Shown: positions 8,780-17,686, numbered from the stretch's first letter. The stretch is DNA of 64,000 nucleotides from Candidatus Lindowbacteria bacterium RIFCSPLOWO2_12_FULL_62_27 (GCA_001784175.1 MFPR01000002.1:1-64000), one strand, 5' to 3'. A program made the numbers and translations. The notes: generated by a model not told the origin, from the letters alone.

Positions 8780-10288
8780 ATGTCGAAGACTCGGGTTGGT
8801 TTTCGGTTTTTGATGGGCGTCTGTTGCCTGCTCATCCTCATGGGTCCCAAGGCGTCGGCCGAGACCGAAGAGGAGCGGCGGGAGCGGGTCGAGCGGACCG
8901 AGCAGATGAAGCGCACGGAGGAGGTCACCGGCGTCACGTCCCGCATGTGGTCCAAGATCTCCAAAAAACTCGGCTGGTATGTCGACTACGGCGGCACCGC
9001 CCGGTACACCTACACGGGCGGCGACGAGGGCGACCGCAACTACGCGTCGCCGGATTCGCAGGAGTTCTCCAAGGATTATGAACTGAACACATTCCTCAAC
9101 CTGACGGACCTACGGAGGGTTTCCAAGTTCTACACGCGCCTGCGAACCACCTACACCGAACGCAAGAAAAATTCCGCGACGACCAAGGGCAACGAGTGGA
9201 CCGAGCTTGAGGTCGACGCGCTGTATTACGAGCGCAAGTACGTGGGCGGTCCCACGCGAACGACCCTGACGCTGGGCCGGCAGTCTGTTTCGGTCGGCCG
9301 CGGCATCGCCTATTCGGCGACCGCCGACGGCGTCCAGACCAGCACGACGCTCGCCAAGGGCCAGATCGTGCTCTTCGCCGTGCGGGCCGACCGCTCGCCC
9401 GACGACGCCGATCCCGGCAACCTCAGTCCGCCCAGCCGCGGCCGAACGAAGCGGGACTTTTTCGGCGCAGAAATGAAATGGAACTGGGGCCAGTATCTGA
9501 ATCCCTATTACTATTACGTCGAAAACAACGACCGTAGCCGCAACGAGATTGACCCGTTCAGCAGCGCGACACAGATCGACGCGAATCTCACTCATATTTA
9601 TGAGCCCACCTTTTACGGCATCGGCGCCAACGGTTCGATCACGCCCCGGCTGTCCTATTTCGCCGAATTCATCCGCGTCCAGGGAACCACCACCTCCGTC
9701 GGCAACCGGGGCGACACCACGACGGTTCAGTCGCGCGCCTATGACGCCGGTCTCAAGTACCGGTACGCCTCCGTTTACCAGCCGACGTTTTCGATCGAGT
9801 GGGCCTACGGCAGCGGCGATCCGGACCGCCAGAGCACCGTCAACAGCACCCTCTACGGCAACACCGCCAACGCCGACATGGCCTTCCGGCCCTTCGGCGG
9901 TCTGGGGCTGGGATACGCCCTCGCGCCGACGCTGGCGAACATCAAGGTTCGCAAGTACAGCGCCAGTTTCATGCCCTTCACGCAGGCCCGTCTGGAGCGC
10001 CCGCGCAAAATCCGCGTGACGGTGGATTATTACAAGTACCGCAAAGATCAGGACGCGGGTCCCACGTCCGATTTTGATATTCCGTCGGACCAGTTCTCCA
10101 AGAAAGAGATTGGCCGGGAGCTGAACGCCGAACTGTCCTGGAAAATTTACACGGATTTGTCTCTGAACGTCCGCTGGGGAAAATTCGCGCCCGGCAGCGG
10201 ATACGACATCTTCGCGAACGGCGTCCAGACCCGAACCCGCGCCGTGCCCGAAATCTACTGGAGGTTCCAGTGGTCGCTCGATATTTGA
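8780..10288 (+). CDS. Outer-membrane beta-barrel, alginate-export (AlgE-like) family
   Basis: Signal peptide ending PKASA; TLGRQ..VGRG, EWAYGSGD, IGRELN motifs; C-terminal FQWSLDI. Confidence 0.75.
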   Translation: MSKTRVGFRFLMGVCCLLILMGPKASAETEEERRERVERTEQMKRTEEVTGVTSRMWSKISKKLGWYVDYGGTARYTYTGGDEGDRNYASPDSQEFSKDYELNTFLNLTDLRRVSKFYTRLRTTYTERKKNSATTKGNEWTELEVDALYYERKYVGGPTRTTLTLGRQSVSVGRGIAYSATADGVQTSTTLAKGQIVLFAVRADRSPDDADPGNLSPPSRGRTKRDFFGAEMKWNWGQYLNPYYYYVENNDRSRNEIDPFSSATQIDANLTHIYEPTFYGIGANGSITPRLSYFAEFIRVQGTTTSVGNRGDTTTVQSRAYDAGLKYRYASVYQPTFSIEWAYGSGDPDRQSTVNSTLYGNTANADMAFRPFGGLGLGYALAPTLANIKVRKYSASFMPFTQARLERPRKIRVTVDYYKYRKDQDAGPTSDFDIPSDQFSKKEIGRELNAELSWKIYTDLSLNVRWGKFAPGSGYDIFANGVQTRTRAVPEIYWRFQWSLDI

Positions 10289-10821
10289 TCCGTCTGCCGG
10301 CGTTGATGTGGGTGTTGGCATGTCTCGTGGGAACTCCGGTGGATCTTTGGGCGGAAGACACGAAACCGGCGGCGCCGGCGGCGTCCAGCAAGACCATGTT
10401 TTATCGTCTCCTGGCCCAAAAACCGGCCGCAACGGTCGAGGACGCCATTCGGGCGCTGGCGCGATACAAGGGCGGTGCCCAGGAATTGAAGCCCTTGGCG
10501 GAGGAACTGTCATTTCTTAATTCGCAAGAGATTCGTTTCCCGAAAGACATCGTGCGCCGCAAGGATATGACGCTTACCATGGGCAGCGCCGCGCACATGC
10601 TGATGAAGGCCGTGGGGATCAAAGGCAAGAGCATCATGTACCAGATGCTTCCCGATCAGCAGCGGTACGCGATGCGGGAGGCGTCCGAACAGGGCATCAT
10701 CCCGCCGGCCGCGTTCGTAGGCCAGACCCTCAGCGGCAACGACCTCCTGGGAATGCTCGTCCGGGTCAACGAAATCGTCGAAGCGGAGAGGAAGGCAGCG
10801 GAAAAAAAGGATACAGAGTAA
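10285..10821 (+). CDS. Exported hypothetical protein
   Basis: TTG start overlapping the porin stop (TTGA); signal peptide ending DLWA. Confidence 0.65.
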   Translation: MIRLPALMWVLACLVGTPVDLWAEDTKPAAPAASSKTMFYRLLAQKPAATVEDAIRALARYKGGAQELKPLAEELSFLNSQEIRFPKDIVRRKDMTLTMGSAAHMLMKAVGIKGKSIMYQMLPDQQRYAMREASEQGIIPPAAFVGQTLSGNDLLGMLVRVNEIVEAERKAAEKKDTE

Positions 10822-10856
10822 GGGATTTCATGCTTATTCCTTGGCTCGTAGCCGAT

Positions 10857-10872
10857 TGTGACCAAGATCACA
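10857..10872. promoter_or_regulatory. CRP/FNR-family binding site TGTGA-N6-TCACA
   Basis: Perfect TGTGAccaagaTCACA (extends to TTGTGA..TCACAA) in the intergenic region. Confidence 0.7.
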
Positions 10873-10882
10873 AACTTTTTCC

Positions 10883-10911
10883 TTGCTTTGTTCTATATAC
10901 TACAATATTAT
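10883..10911 (+). promoter_or_regulatory. Putative sigma70 promoter TTGCTT-17-TATTAT (alternative -10 boxes TATACT and TACAAT nearby)
   Basis: AT-rich island upstream of SD AGAAGGGG. Confidence 0.5.
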
Positions 10912-10949
10912 ATAGGCACTCGTCACCACAAACCAGAAGGGGTGTGTCC

Positions 10950-13900
10950 ATGTCCGTTTTCAATAAGAGAATGCTCGGAATGCTCTCCATAGCGGCTCTT
11001 CTTACATCTGCCGGTCCAGGGTTTTCGGAGGAAAAGGCCAAGCCGGAAGTCAAAGCGATGGTCGGCAAGTTCTCGAAGTTGCAGGGAACGGTGGAGGTGC
11101 AGAAATTCGGAACCCAGAAATGGGTGACCGCCACCGAAGGGATGGCGATCGGCTCCGGAGACCAGGTCGCGGCCGGGATCGACGGCAAAGCCCAGATCAT
11201 CTTCGCCAACAGCAAGACCGATGTGGAACCCCTCGCGCAGTTTTCCGTGGGACGGAACTTTGAGACCAAGGAAAATTATTCGACTGAAATCTTCCTGAAG
11301 GTCGGCAAGCTCGTCGCCGACGTCGACAAGAAGAGTGGAAAAACGAACAAGTTTACGGTGACGACGCCATCGTCCGTCGCGGGCATTCGCGGCACCGTGC
11401 TCGAGGCCGCCTACACGCCGGGCGTCGGCGCGGTCAATACCATCAGCGAAGGCGCCGGATATGTCATGCCGGTCCAGCCAGACAAACTCCCCCCGGCCAT
11501 TCAACAGATATTGAATATTCCGCCGCCGGTGGAAGCGCGCGAAGCCGCTGCAAAAGCGGCGGAGAAGGCGGGTGCGCCGGCGGAAGTTGTGGCCCAGATC
11601 GCGGCGGGTGTGCCGCCGACGGAGGAAGCTCGCGCCGTGATGGCGCAGATTGCGGTGGCCGGCGGAGCGTCGGCGGGCGCGGCCGCGGCGATCGAGCAGG
11701 GGTTCGCGTCGTTCGCGGCCTTTGCGCCGTCGCTGACCATTCCGGAAGGCCCCGTGGCCGGCGCGGACGTCGCGCCGATTGCGGCGGGTGGTGCGCCTGA
11801 GGCTGCGCCGGCAGGCGGAGCGCCCGAGGCCGCCGCGGCGCCGGGTGGAGAGCCCGCGCCGGGCGCGGCCCCTGAACCGGGCGCGGCGCCGGGTGGAATT
11901 GAAGCGCCGGCTGCGACGGGCATGGAAGCTTTTGTGGCGCTGGGCGGCGGCGCGCCGGGCGGGGGTCCGGGCGGTCCTGCGGGGATGGAAGGGTTTGGTG
12001 GGTTTATTGGATTTACTCCTGCTGGTGGTCCGGCCGAAGGAGGAGCGCCGGGTGGAGGAGAGCCCGCGAATCCGATGCAGGCGATGGCGGATCTCTTGGC
12101 GACGGTCGGTCTGGGTGGTGATCGGCCCGGAGCGCCGGCGCCGGAAGGTCCGGGCGGTCCGGGTGGCCCCGGCCCTGTGGGCGAGCCGGGAGCGCCGGGA
12201 GGACCTGGAGGACCGGGAGAACCGGGCGCGCCGACAGGCGATCCGGGTGTAGGCGGTCCGCCGATTGGCGAGGGTGTGCCGGGCGGAGGTCCGGGCGAAG
12301 GTCCGGTGGGAGAACCACTCATCGGCGGCCCGGGCGAGCCAGTGGGAGGTCCTATTGATAATCCGTTTGGTCCGATCGGTGGCCCGGGAGAAAATCCGTT
12401 CGGTCCGGTCTTTGAACTCGGGAACGGCGACCGGGGGATATTGCCGGAAAATCGCGAACCCGGCGGCCCGGCCCCCGGACCCATCATAGAGGGTCGTGAT
12501 GTCGTAGGCCCCGGAGGCGGAGGATTGCCTTTTGCGCCTGTCCCCCTCGTAGTACCTGGCGGGGATCTCAGCAAAGCGCCCGATGTGGACCCGAACCAAC
12601 TGCACGGGAATCTTCCGGACCGTGATTTTGACGGTCTGCCGAACGAATGGGAGGAGGCCAACGGCCTCAATCCCGATGATCCTTCGGACAAGAATCTGGA
12701 CGCCGACGGGGACGGGTATCCGAACATCGTCGAGTACGTGAGCCAGACCAATCCGCAGGACGGCGCGTCCCAGCCGACCGCCAGCAAAATTGCTGAGAGA
12801 ATCGCTTCCGGCCTGGCCGGCGCGGCGGCGTTTGTGATGAATGAGCGTTTGGATCTCGACGCCAGCCTGGGGCCGAATTTCTTCGCTGCGGCCACCTATG
12901 CGCCTTCCCACGACCGCGATGGAGACGGGATTCCCAACGACCAGGAGGTACTGTATGGATTGAATCCGGACGATAGGTCCGACGCCGGACTGGATCTTGA
13001 CGGAGATGGCTTTCCGAACATCGTGGAATTTCAGCTCGGGGTCGCGCCCAACAACGCCTCGGATGTTCCGGACCGCACCGAGCTGTCCTCGCTGACGGCT
13101 GCGGGTCCGCTTCCGCCGGCGATGGACTACATGATCAACAATTTTCTCAACCTCGACGCCACCTTGGGCCCCAATTTCTTCAACGTGACGTCCTACGCCC
13201 CCAGTTTCGACGTCGACGGGGACGGGATGCCCAACGACTGGGAAGTCGCCAACGGTCTCAATCCCAATTCGCGGGATGACGCCGACGACGACGGCGACGG
13301 GGACGGGTTCCCGAACATCGTCGAATATCAGGTGGGAACCAACCCCGCCAGCGGAGTATCCGTGCCCTCGGCCACCATGGTGTCAACGCTTCTGGCGGCG
13401 ACGGCGCTCACCCCCACGGCGGATTACATGCTGAACGAATTCTTCAACCTGGACGCCACGCTGGGCGCCGACTTCTTTACGGTGACCAGCTACAATCCCG
13501 ATTTCGACGGGGACGGAATGTACAATCAGTGGGAAATCGACAACGGTCTTGATCCTAACAACGCGACCGACGCTTCCAGCGATCTAGACGGAGATGGATA
13601 CACCAATCTGGACGAGTTCCAGGGCCATTCCGATCCTGCCAACAATGCCCTTGTTCCATTTTCTGAAATTACCTTCTCGGATGACGACGGGGACGGGCTG
13701 CCCAACGAATGGGAGTTGAGCCACGGTCTGAATCCCGGCTACCCGTTTGACGCCTCGGGAGACCTCGATGGGGACGGATTCACCAACATGGACGAGTTTT
13801 TCTCCGCCTCCGACCCCCTCAGCGCCGCGTCCACGCCGGGCTCCAACCCGGACGTCGACGGGGACCTTCTCCCGAACAGTTGGGAACTGGCGTGGGGATT

Positions 13901-15488
13901 CAATCCCAATTCGGCCGATGGATCGCTCGACGCGGATGGGGACGGGTACACGAACCTGCAGGAATTCCAGATGGGGACCGACCCGCGCAATCCGTCGTCG
14001 AATCCAGGCGCCGGCGGCGGGACCACCGGCGCCGACGACGATTTCGACGGGATGCCGGACAATTGGGAAGTCGCCAACGGATTTAATCCCATGAGTTCTT
14101 CGGACGCTTCGGCTGACGCCGACGCCGACGGATACACGAACCTGCAGGAATTCCAGATGGGAACCGATCCAAGAAATTCCGCGTCCAATCCGGGCGGCGG
14201 GACAACCAGCTCGGACGGCGACGACGATGGCATGCCGGACAACTGGGAAATCGCCAACGGATTCAATCCGGGAAGCGCCACGGACGCCTCGTCGGACGCC
14301 GACGGCGACGGGTATTCCAACCTGATGGAGTTTCAGAACGGCACGAATCCCCGAAGCTCGACCTCGGTGCCCAGCGGCTCCAGCCCGGACGGCGACGCTG
14401 ACGGCATGCCGGACAACTGGGAGGTCGCCAACGGATTCAATCCGGGAAGCGCCACGGACGCTACGGCGGACGCCGACGGCGACGGGTACTCCAATCTTTT
14501 GGAATTTCAGAACGGCACGGATCCGCGCAACACCGCATCGAATCCCGGAACCACCACCACGGTGGCGGACGCCGATCATGACGAAATGCCGGACAACTGG
14601 GAAATCGCCAACGGATTCAATCCCAACAGCGCGTTGGACGCCGCCGGCGACGCGGATGGCGACGGATACAAGAACGTGTCGGAGTTCATCGACGGCAGCA
14701 ACCCGCAGAGCGCGGCTTCCAAGCCGAACCGACCGTTCCAGGATCAAGACATGGACGGAATGCCGGACGCGTGGGAACTGCGATTCGGTCTCAACCCGAC
14801 GAGCAACGATGCCGCCGGCGACGCCGACGGCGACCTCTACTCCAATCTGGATGAATTCACCGGAGGCTCGAATCCGAAACAGCCCACGGGACCCGGGGCG
14901 GCGCCCAACGGCGCCGACGACGACATGGACGGGATCCCGAATTCCTGGGAAGTGGTGTTCGGCCTGAATCCGGCCAGCGCGGTTGACGCTTCCACCGACG
15001 ACGACGGCGATGGTTTCACCAATCTCGAGGAGTTTCTCAAAAAGAGCGATCCCCACAACAAGTTTGTCGTGCCGCCGTACTCTCACGGCATTGTTCAGTT
15101 GCCCGGCGTCCGCGACAACACCTGGGGCGTCATGTATGACGAGCATACCGACGGCTTCCGGCGGTATTTCGCTCCTGACCGCGCGAACGTCGCCGGCAGT
15201 CCGGACTTCCAGCACCCCTCCCTGGCCCATCCGCGGGAGGGACTCGGCTACATCAACGAGGGCGGCACGGTGCCGGCCGGATATACGGGCGCCGGCTCGA
15301 CCATCTCGGATGGCGACAACGACGGCCACTCGCCCCAGGCGGCGTTCATGGGAACCGCGTTTCACGATCCGGACGATGGCAACTTCGGCTCGCCGTCGCC
15401 GCAGCACCCATTTGCGCAGCCGCATGACATCGGCGCCGGCGAATACCCGTCGTCGTGGGCAAACAACCCGAACCCGTTTCATCACTAA
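10950..15488 (+). CDS. Large exported protein (1512 aa): FecR-like domain, Pro/Gly-rich linker, 12 paired Ca-binding DxDGDG repeats (bacterial TSP3-like), His/Pro-rich tail
   Basis: Signal peptide; FTVTTPSSVAGIRGT FecR motif; repeats DxDxDGMPDNWExxNGFNP...DADGDGYxNLxEFxxGTDP. Confidence 0.85.
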   Translation: MSVFNKRMLGMLSIAALLTSAGPGFSEEKAKPEVKAMVGKFSKLQGTVEVQKFGTQKWVTATEGMAIGSGDQVAAGIDGKAQIIFANSKTDVEPLAQFSVGRNFETKENYSTEIFLKVGKLVADVDKKSGKTNKFTVTTPSSVAGIRGTVLEAAYTPGVGAVNTISEGAGYVMPVQPDKLPPAIQQILNIPPPVEAREAAAKAAEKAGAPAEVVAQIAAGVPPTEEARAVMAQIAVAGGASAGAAAAIEQGFASFAAFAPSLTIPEGPVAGADVAPIAAGGAPEAAPAGGAPEAAAAPGGEPAPGAAPEPGAAPGGIEAPAATGMEAFVALGGGAPGGGPGGPAGMEGFGGFIGFTPAGGPAEGGAPGGGEPANPMQAMADLLATVGLGGDRPGAPAPEGPGGPGGPGPVGEPGAPGGPGGPGEPGAPTGDPGVGGPPIGEGVPGGGPGEGPVGEPLIGGPGEPVGGPIDNPFGPIGGPGENPFGPVFELGNGDRGILPENREPGGPAPGPIIEGRDVVGPGGGGLPFAPVPLVVPGGDLSKAPDVDPNQLHGNLPDRDFDGLPNEWEEANGLNPDDPSDKNLDADGDGYPNIVEYVSQTNPQDGASQPTASKIAERIASGLAGAAAFVMNERLDLDASLGPNFFAAATYAPSHDRDGDGIPNDQEVLYGLNPDDRSDAGLDLDGDGFPNIVEFQLGVAPNNASDVPDRTELSSLTAAGPLPPAMDYMINNFLNLDATLGPNFFNVTSYAPSFDVDGDGMPNDWEVANGLNPNSRDDADDDGDGDGFPNIVEYQVGTNPASGVSVPSATMVSTLLAATALTPTADYMLNEFFNLDATLGADFFTVTSYNPDFDGDGMYNQWEIDNGLDPNNATDASSDLDGDGYTNLDEFQGHSDPANNALVPFSEITFSDDDGDGLPNEWELSHGLNPGYPFDASGDLDGDGFTNMDEFFSASDPLSAASTPGSNPDVDGDLLPNSWELAWGFNPNSADGSLDADGDGYTNLQEFQMGTDPRNPSSNPGAGGGTTGADDDFDGMPDNWEVANGFNPMSSSDASADADADGYTNLQEFQMGTDPRNSASNPGGGTTSSDGDDDGMPDNWEIANGFNPGSATDASSDADGDGYSNLMEFQNGTNPRSSTSVPSGSSPDGDADGMPDNWEVANGFNPGSATDATADADGDGYSNLLEFQNGTDPRNTASNPGTTTTVADADHDEMPDNWEIANGFNPNSALDAAGDADGDGYKNVSEFIDGSNPQSAASKPNRPFQDQDMDGMPDAWELRFGLNPTSNDAAGDADGDLYSNLDEFTGGSNPKQPTGPGAAPNGADDDMDGIPNSWEVVFGLNPASAVDASTDDDGDGFTNLEEFLKKSDPHNKFVVPPYSHGIVQLPGVRDNTWGVMYDEHTDGFRRYFAPDRANVAGSPDFQHPSLAHPREGLGYINEGGTVPAGYTGAGSTISDGDNDGHSPQAAFMGTAFHDPDDGNFGSPSPQHPFAQPHDIGAGEYPSSWANNPNPFHH
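12618..15053 (+). repeat. Intragenic tandem repeats encoding 12 paired Ca-binding units; units at ~14230 and ~14404 nearly identical (174-bp period)
   Basis: Counted in the translation and visible at DNA level. Confidence 0.85.
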
Positions 15489-16644
15489 AAAGCGGATTCG
15501 GGTCTGCCACGTCATCACCCAGCTTGAGCTGGGCGGCGCCCAGGACAACACGCTCACAACGGTTGAGCGTCTTCCGGCCGAGCATTACGAAACCCATCTC
15601 ATCAGCGGACCCGGCGGCCTTCTGGACGACCGCGCGCGGCGGCTCGGCGAGCGGTACCGCGTCGCGCCCCACTTGGCGCGGCCGGTGTGCCCGTGGAGGG
15701 ATGTTGCGGCGTTCCTGGAATTGAAACGGCTTTTTCGAACCGGCCGTTATGACATCGTTCACACGCACAGTTCAAAAGCCGGCGTCCTCGGTCGCCTGGC
15801 GGCGCGCGCGGCGGGTGTGCCTCTGATTTTCCATACGGCGCATGGCTGGGGATTTCATGCCGGCCAGCCCGCCCCGGTGCGAAGTCTTTTCGTCTGGTGC
15901 GAGCGCGTGTCGTCGAGGGTGACGGACAGAATCGTCGCAGTTTCCGAGGCGACTGTGAGAAACGGCCTGGCGGCGGGAGTCGGCCGGCCGGCGCAATACC
16001 GGATGATCCGGAGCGGCATCGATCCTCGGCCGTACCGGGAGGCCACGGACGTGGCGTCGATCCGGCATAAAATGGGATTCGATCCGGCGCGGCCTCTCAT
16101 CACGATGGTGGCGTGCCTGAAACCTCAAAAATCCCCGCTGGATTTCATCGACCTCGCGGCGCGGGTGCGTTCGAAACTGCCGGGCGTCCAGTTCGCGCTG
16201 GCGGGCGACGGAGAATTACGCGTCCCCATCGAGGCGTCGATCGAGCGGAATCGTCTCGGCGACACGGTGCGGCTCCTGGGATGGCGGTCCGACATTCCCG
16301 ATCTCATCCGCGCCTCCGACCTGACGGTCCTCACCTCGCGCTGGGAGGGCCTGCCTCGCGTTTTCCTCGAATCCCTCGCGGCCGGCGTCCCGGTAATCGC
16401 CACGCGGGTGGACGGCGGCCCCGAAGCGGTGACCGACGGCGTGAACGGTTTCCTGTTCCCGCCGGGCGACACGCCGGCCATGGCGCAGCGCGTGATCGAA
16501 CTGATGGAGAACCCGGCCGGACGGTCGGCGCTCCGGGAGGGCGCGCGGTCCTCTTGGAAGGACGACTTCGACATCCGGCACATGGTCGGCCAAATCGACA
16601 GGCTCTATCAGGAGCGAGTTTCCGGCGTATTTACACGGACGTAA
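15481..16644 (+). CDS. Glycosyltransferase family 4; start ambiguous (ATC 15481 or ATG 15424)
   Basis: RVCHVITQLELGGAQ, IVHTHSSKAG, SRWEGLPRVFLESLAAGVPVIATRVDG. Confidence 0.9.
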   Translation: MTKKRIRVCHVITQLELGGAQDNTLTTVERLPAEHYETHLISGPGGLLDDRARRLGERYRVAPHLARPVCPWRDVAAFLELKRLFRTGRYDIVHTHSSKAGVLGRLAARAAGVPLIFHTAHGWGFHAGQPAPVRSLFVWCERVSSRVTDRIVAVSEATVRNGLAAGVGRPAQYRMIRSGIDPRPYREATDVASIRHKMGFDPARPLITMVACLKPQKSPLDFIDLAARVRSKLPGVQFALAGDGELRVPIEASIERNRLGDTVRLLGWRSDIPDLIRASDLTVLTSRWEGLPRVFLESLAAGVPVIATRVDGGPEAVTDGVNGFLFPPGDTPAMAQRVIELMENPAGRSALREGARSSWKDDFDIRHMVGQIDRLYQERVSGVFTRT

Positions 16645-16671
16645 CGAGCGTGATAAACAGACGCATCGCTT

Positions 16672-16764
16672 GGAGGGGTGGCCGAGTGGCCGAAGGCAAT
16701 CGCCTGCTAAGCGATTGAACGCTTAATAGGTGTTCCCCGGGTTCAAATCCCGGCCCCTCCGCCA
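16672..16764 (+). tRNA. tRNA-Ser (GCT), CCA encoded
   Basis: GGAGGGG/CCCCTCC acceptor stem, loop CTGCTAA, long variable arm. Confidence 0.95.
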
Positions 16765-16771
16765 ATTTAAT

Positions 16772-16858
16772 GGAGAGGTAGCCAAGTGGACGACGGCGAC
16801 GGTCTTGAAAACCGTTGGGCCCTTGCGGGTCTCGTGAGTTCGAATCTCACCCTCTCCG
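16772..16858 (+). tRNA. tRNA-Ser (TGA)
   Basis: GGAGAGG/CCTCTCC acceptor stem, ACGGT-CTTGAAA-ACCGT anticodon arm, long variable arm. Confidence 0.95.
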
Positions 16859-17002
16859 TCTTCCGAAAATGGAGGGATGCCCGGCGCCCGTCCGACGGCA
16901 TACGGCCGCCCGCCGGCACCTCTCCATATTTACATGCGTCCTCCGGTGTCCATCCATCCCGTCCCAAGGCATGAATGCGATCTCCGTTATCTCGGTATAT
17001 CT

Positions 17003-17203
17003 TTATCGTTTCCGCCGGGTCTTGATCGCCCACGCGCACAGGTTGCGGCACGCCCCGCATCCGCGGATCTTCCAGCAGGGGACCAGCGACCACATTTTCG
17101 CCAGCGTGCGGCGGTGAAATCCGTGCTTGCGGACCAGGTGCAAGAGACACCGGGCCTTGGTCACCTCGGCGTCGTCGTACTGCCGGAACACCGCGCCGCC
17201 CAC
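17003..17203 (-). pseudogene. Probable 5'-truncated MerR-family regulator fragment with Cys-rich PCWxxxxC tail
   Basis: Strong GC3 bias. RQYDDAEVTKARCLLHLVRKHG..SLVPCWKIRGC resembles the MerR wing/coiled-coil region; the N-terminal HTH is absent. Confidence 0.45.
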
Positions 17204-17216
17204 ACGACCTCATCTT

Positions 17217-17305
17217 CGGAGAGGGAGGGATTCGAACCCTCGACCCCACTTGCGCGGGGTACACGCTCTCCAGGCGTGCCCCTTCGTCCACTTGGGTACC
17301 TCTCC
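17217..17305 (-). tRNA. tRNA-Ser (GGA)
   Basis: Reverse complement GGAGAGG...CACGC-CTGGAGA-GCGTG...GTTCGAATC..CCTCTCCG. Confidence 0.95.
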
Positions 17306-17328
17306 ATGGTCAAATGAAGGCGCTCGTA

Positions 17329-17357
17329 TTGCAAGTTACCACCCGGCGCTATATACT
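17329..17357 (+). promoter_or_regulatory. sigma70 promoter TTGCAA-17-TATACT for the SRP RNA
   Basis: Near-consensus, 29 nt upstream of ffs. Confidence 0.7.
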
Positions 17358-17385
17358 CGCAACTTTGGAGGCCTGAAAAAAACCG

Positions 17386-17673
17386 GGGGGTGTGCTAAGC
17401 GGGGAGGTAGCGGTTCCTTTGTCCGTTCTGCGGGCTGCCTGCAATCCGCTTCAGCAGGGCCGAACTCCTGAGCGAAGGCTTGACGGCAAAATGCAGGCGC
17501 CGACGGAAAAGCGTTGAAGTTCGGGCCCCGCGGGGCGCGCGCCGGTGAACCGGGTCAGGTCCGGAAGGAAGCAGCCCTAAGCCGATACGAGCGTTTGCGC
17601 GGGATCACCTGGATGGAGCCGGCCCGTCGGAAGGCCGGTTGGGCCGGAGGGTCGAAGCCAGGTGCACACCCCC
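17386..17673 (+). ncRNA. ffs: Signal recognition particle RNA, long (Alu-domain) bacterial type
   Basis: Helix 8 GGGTCAGGTCCGGAAGGAAGCAGCCC (17552-17577); 5' GTGCTAAGCGGGGAGGTAGCGG..CCTGCAATCCGCT..GCAGGGCCGAA as in Bacillus scRNA; terminal stem GGGGGTGTGC/GCACACCCCC; upstream of dnaX. Confidence 0.93.
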
Positions 17674-17686
17674 TTTATACTTCTGA

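Noticed and set aside
12618-15053. Regularly spaced DNA repeats as a CRISPR array or DGR template
   Set aside because: Repeats are in-frame protein repeats with synonymous variation; no cas or reverse transcriptase gene in the window
10923-15557. Minus-strand ORFs of 464-662 aa, some collagen-like
   Set aside because: Mirror of the Pro/Gly-rich and repeat regions of the plus-strand gene
16930-17000. Ankyrin-like peptide IHALGRDGWTPEDAC on the minus strand
   Set aside because: Single short match in a frame that overlaps tRNA genes, with no start; likely chance
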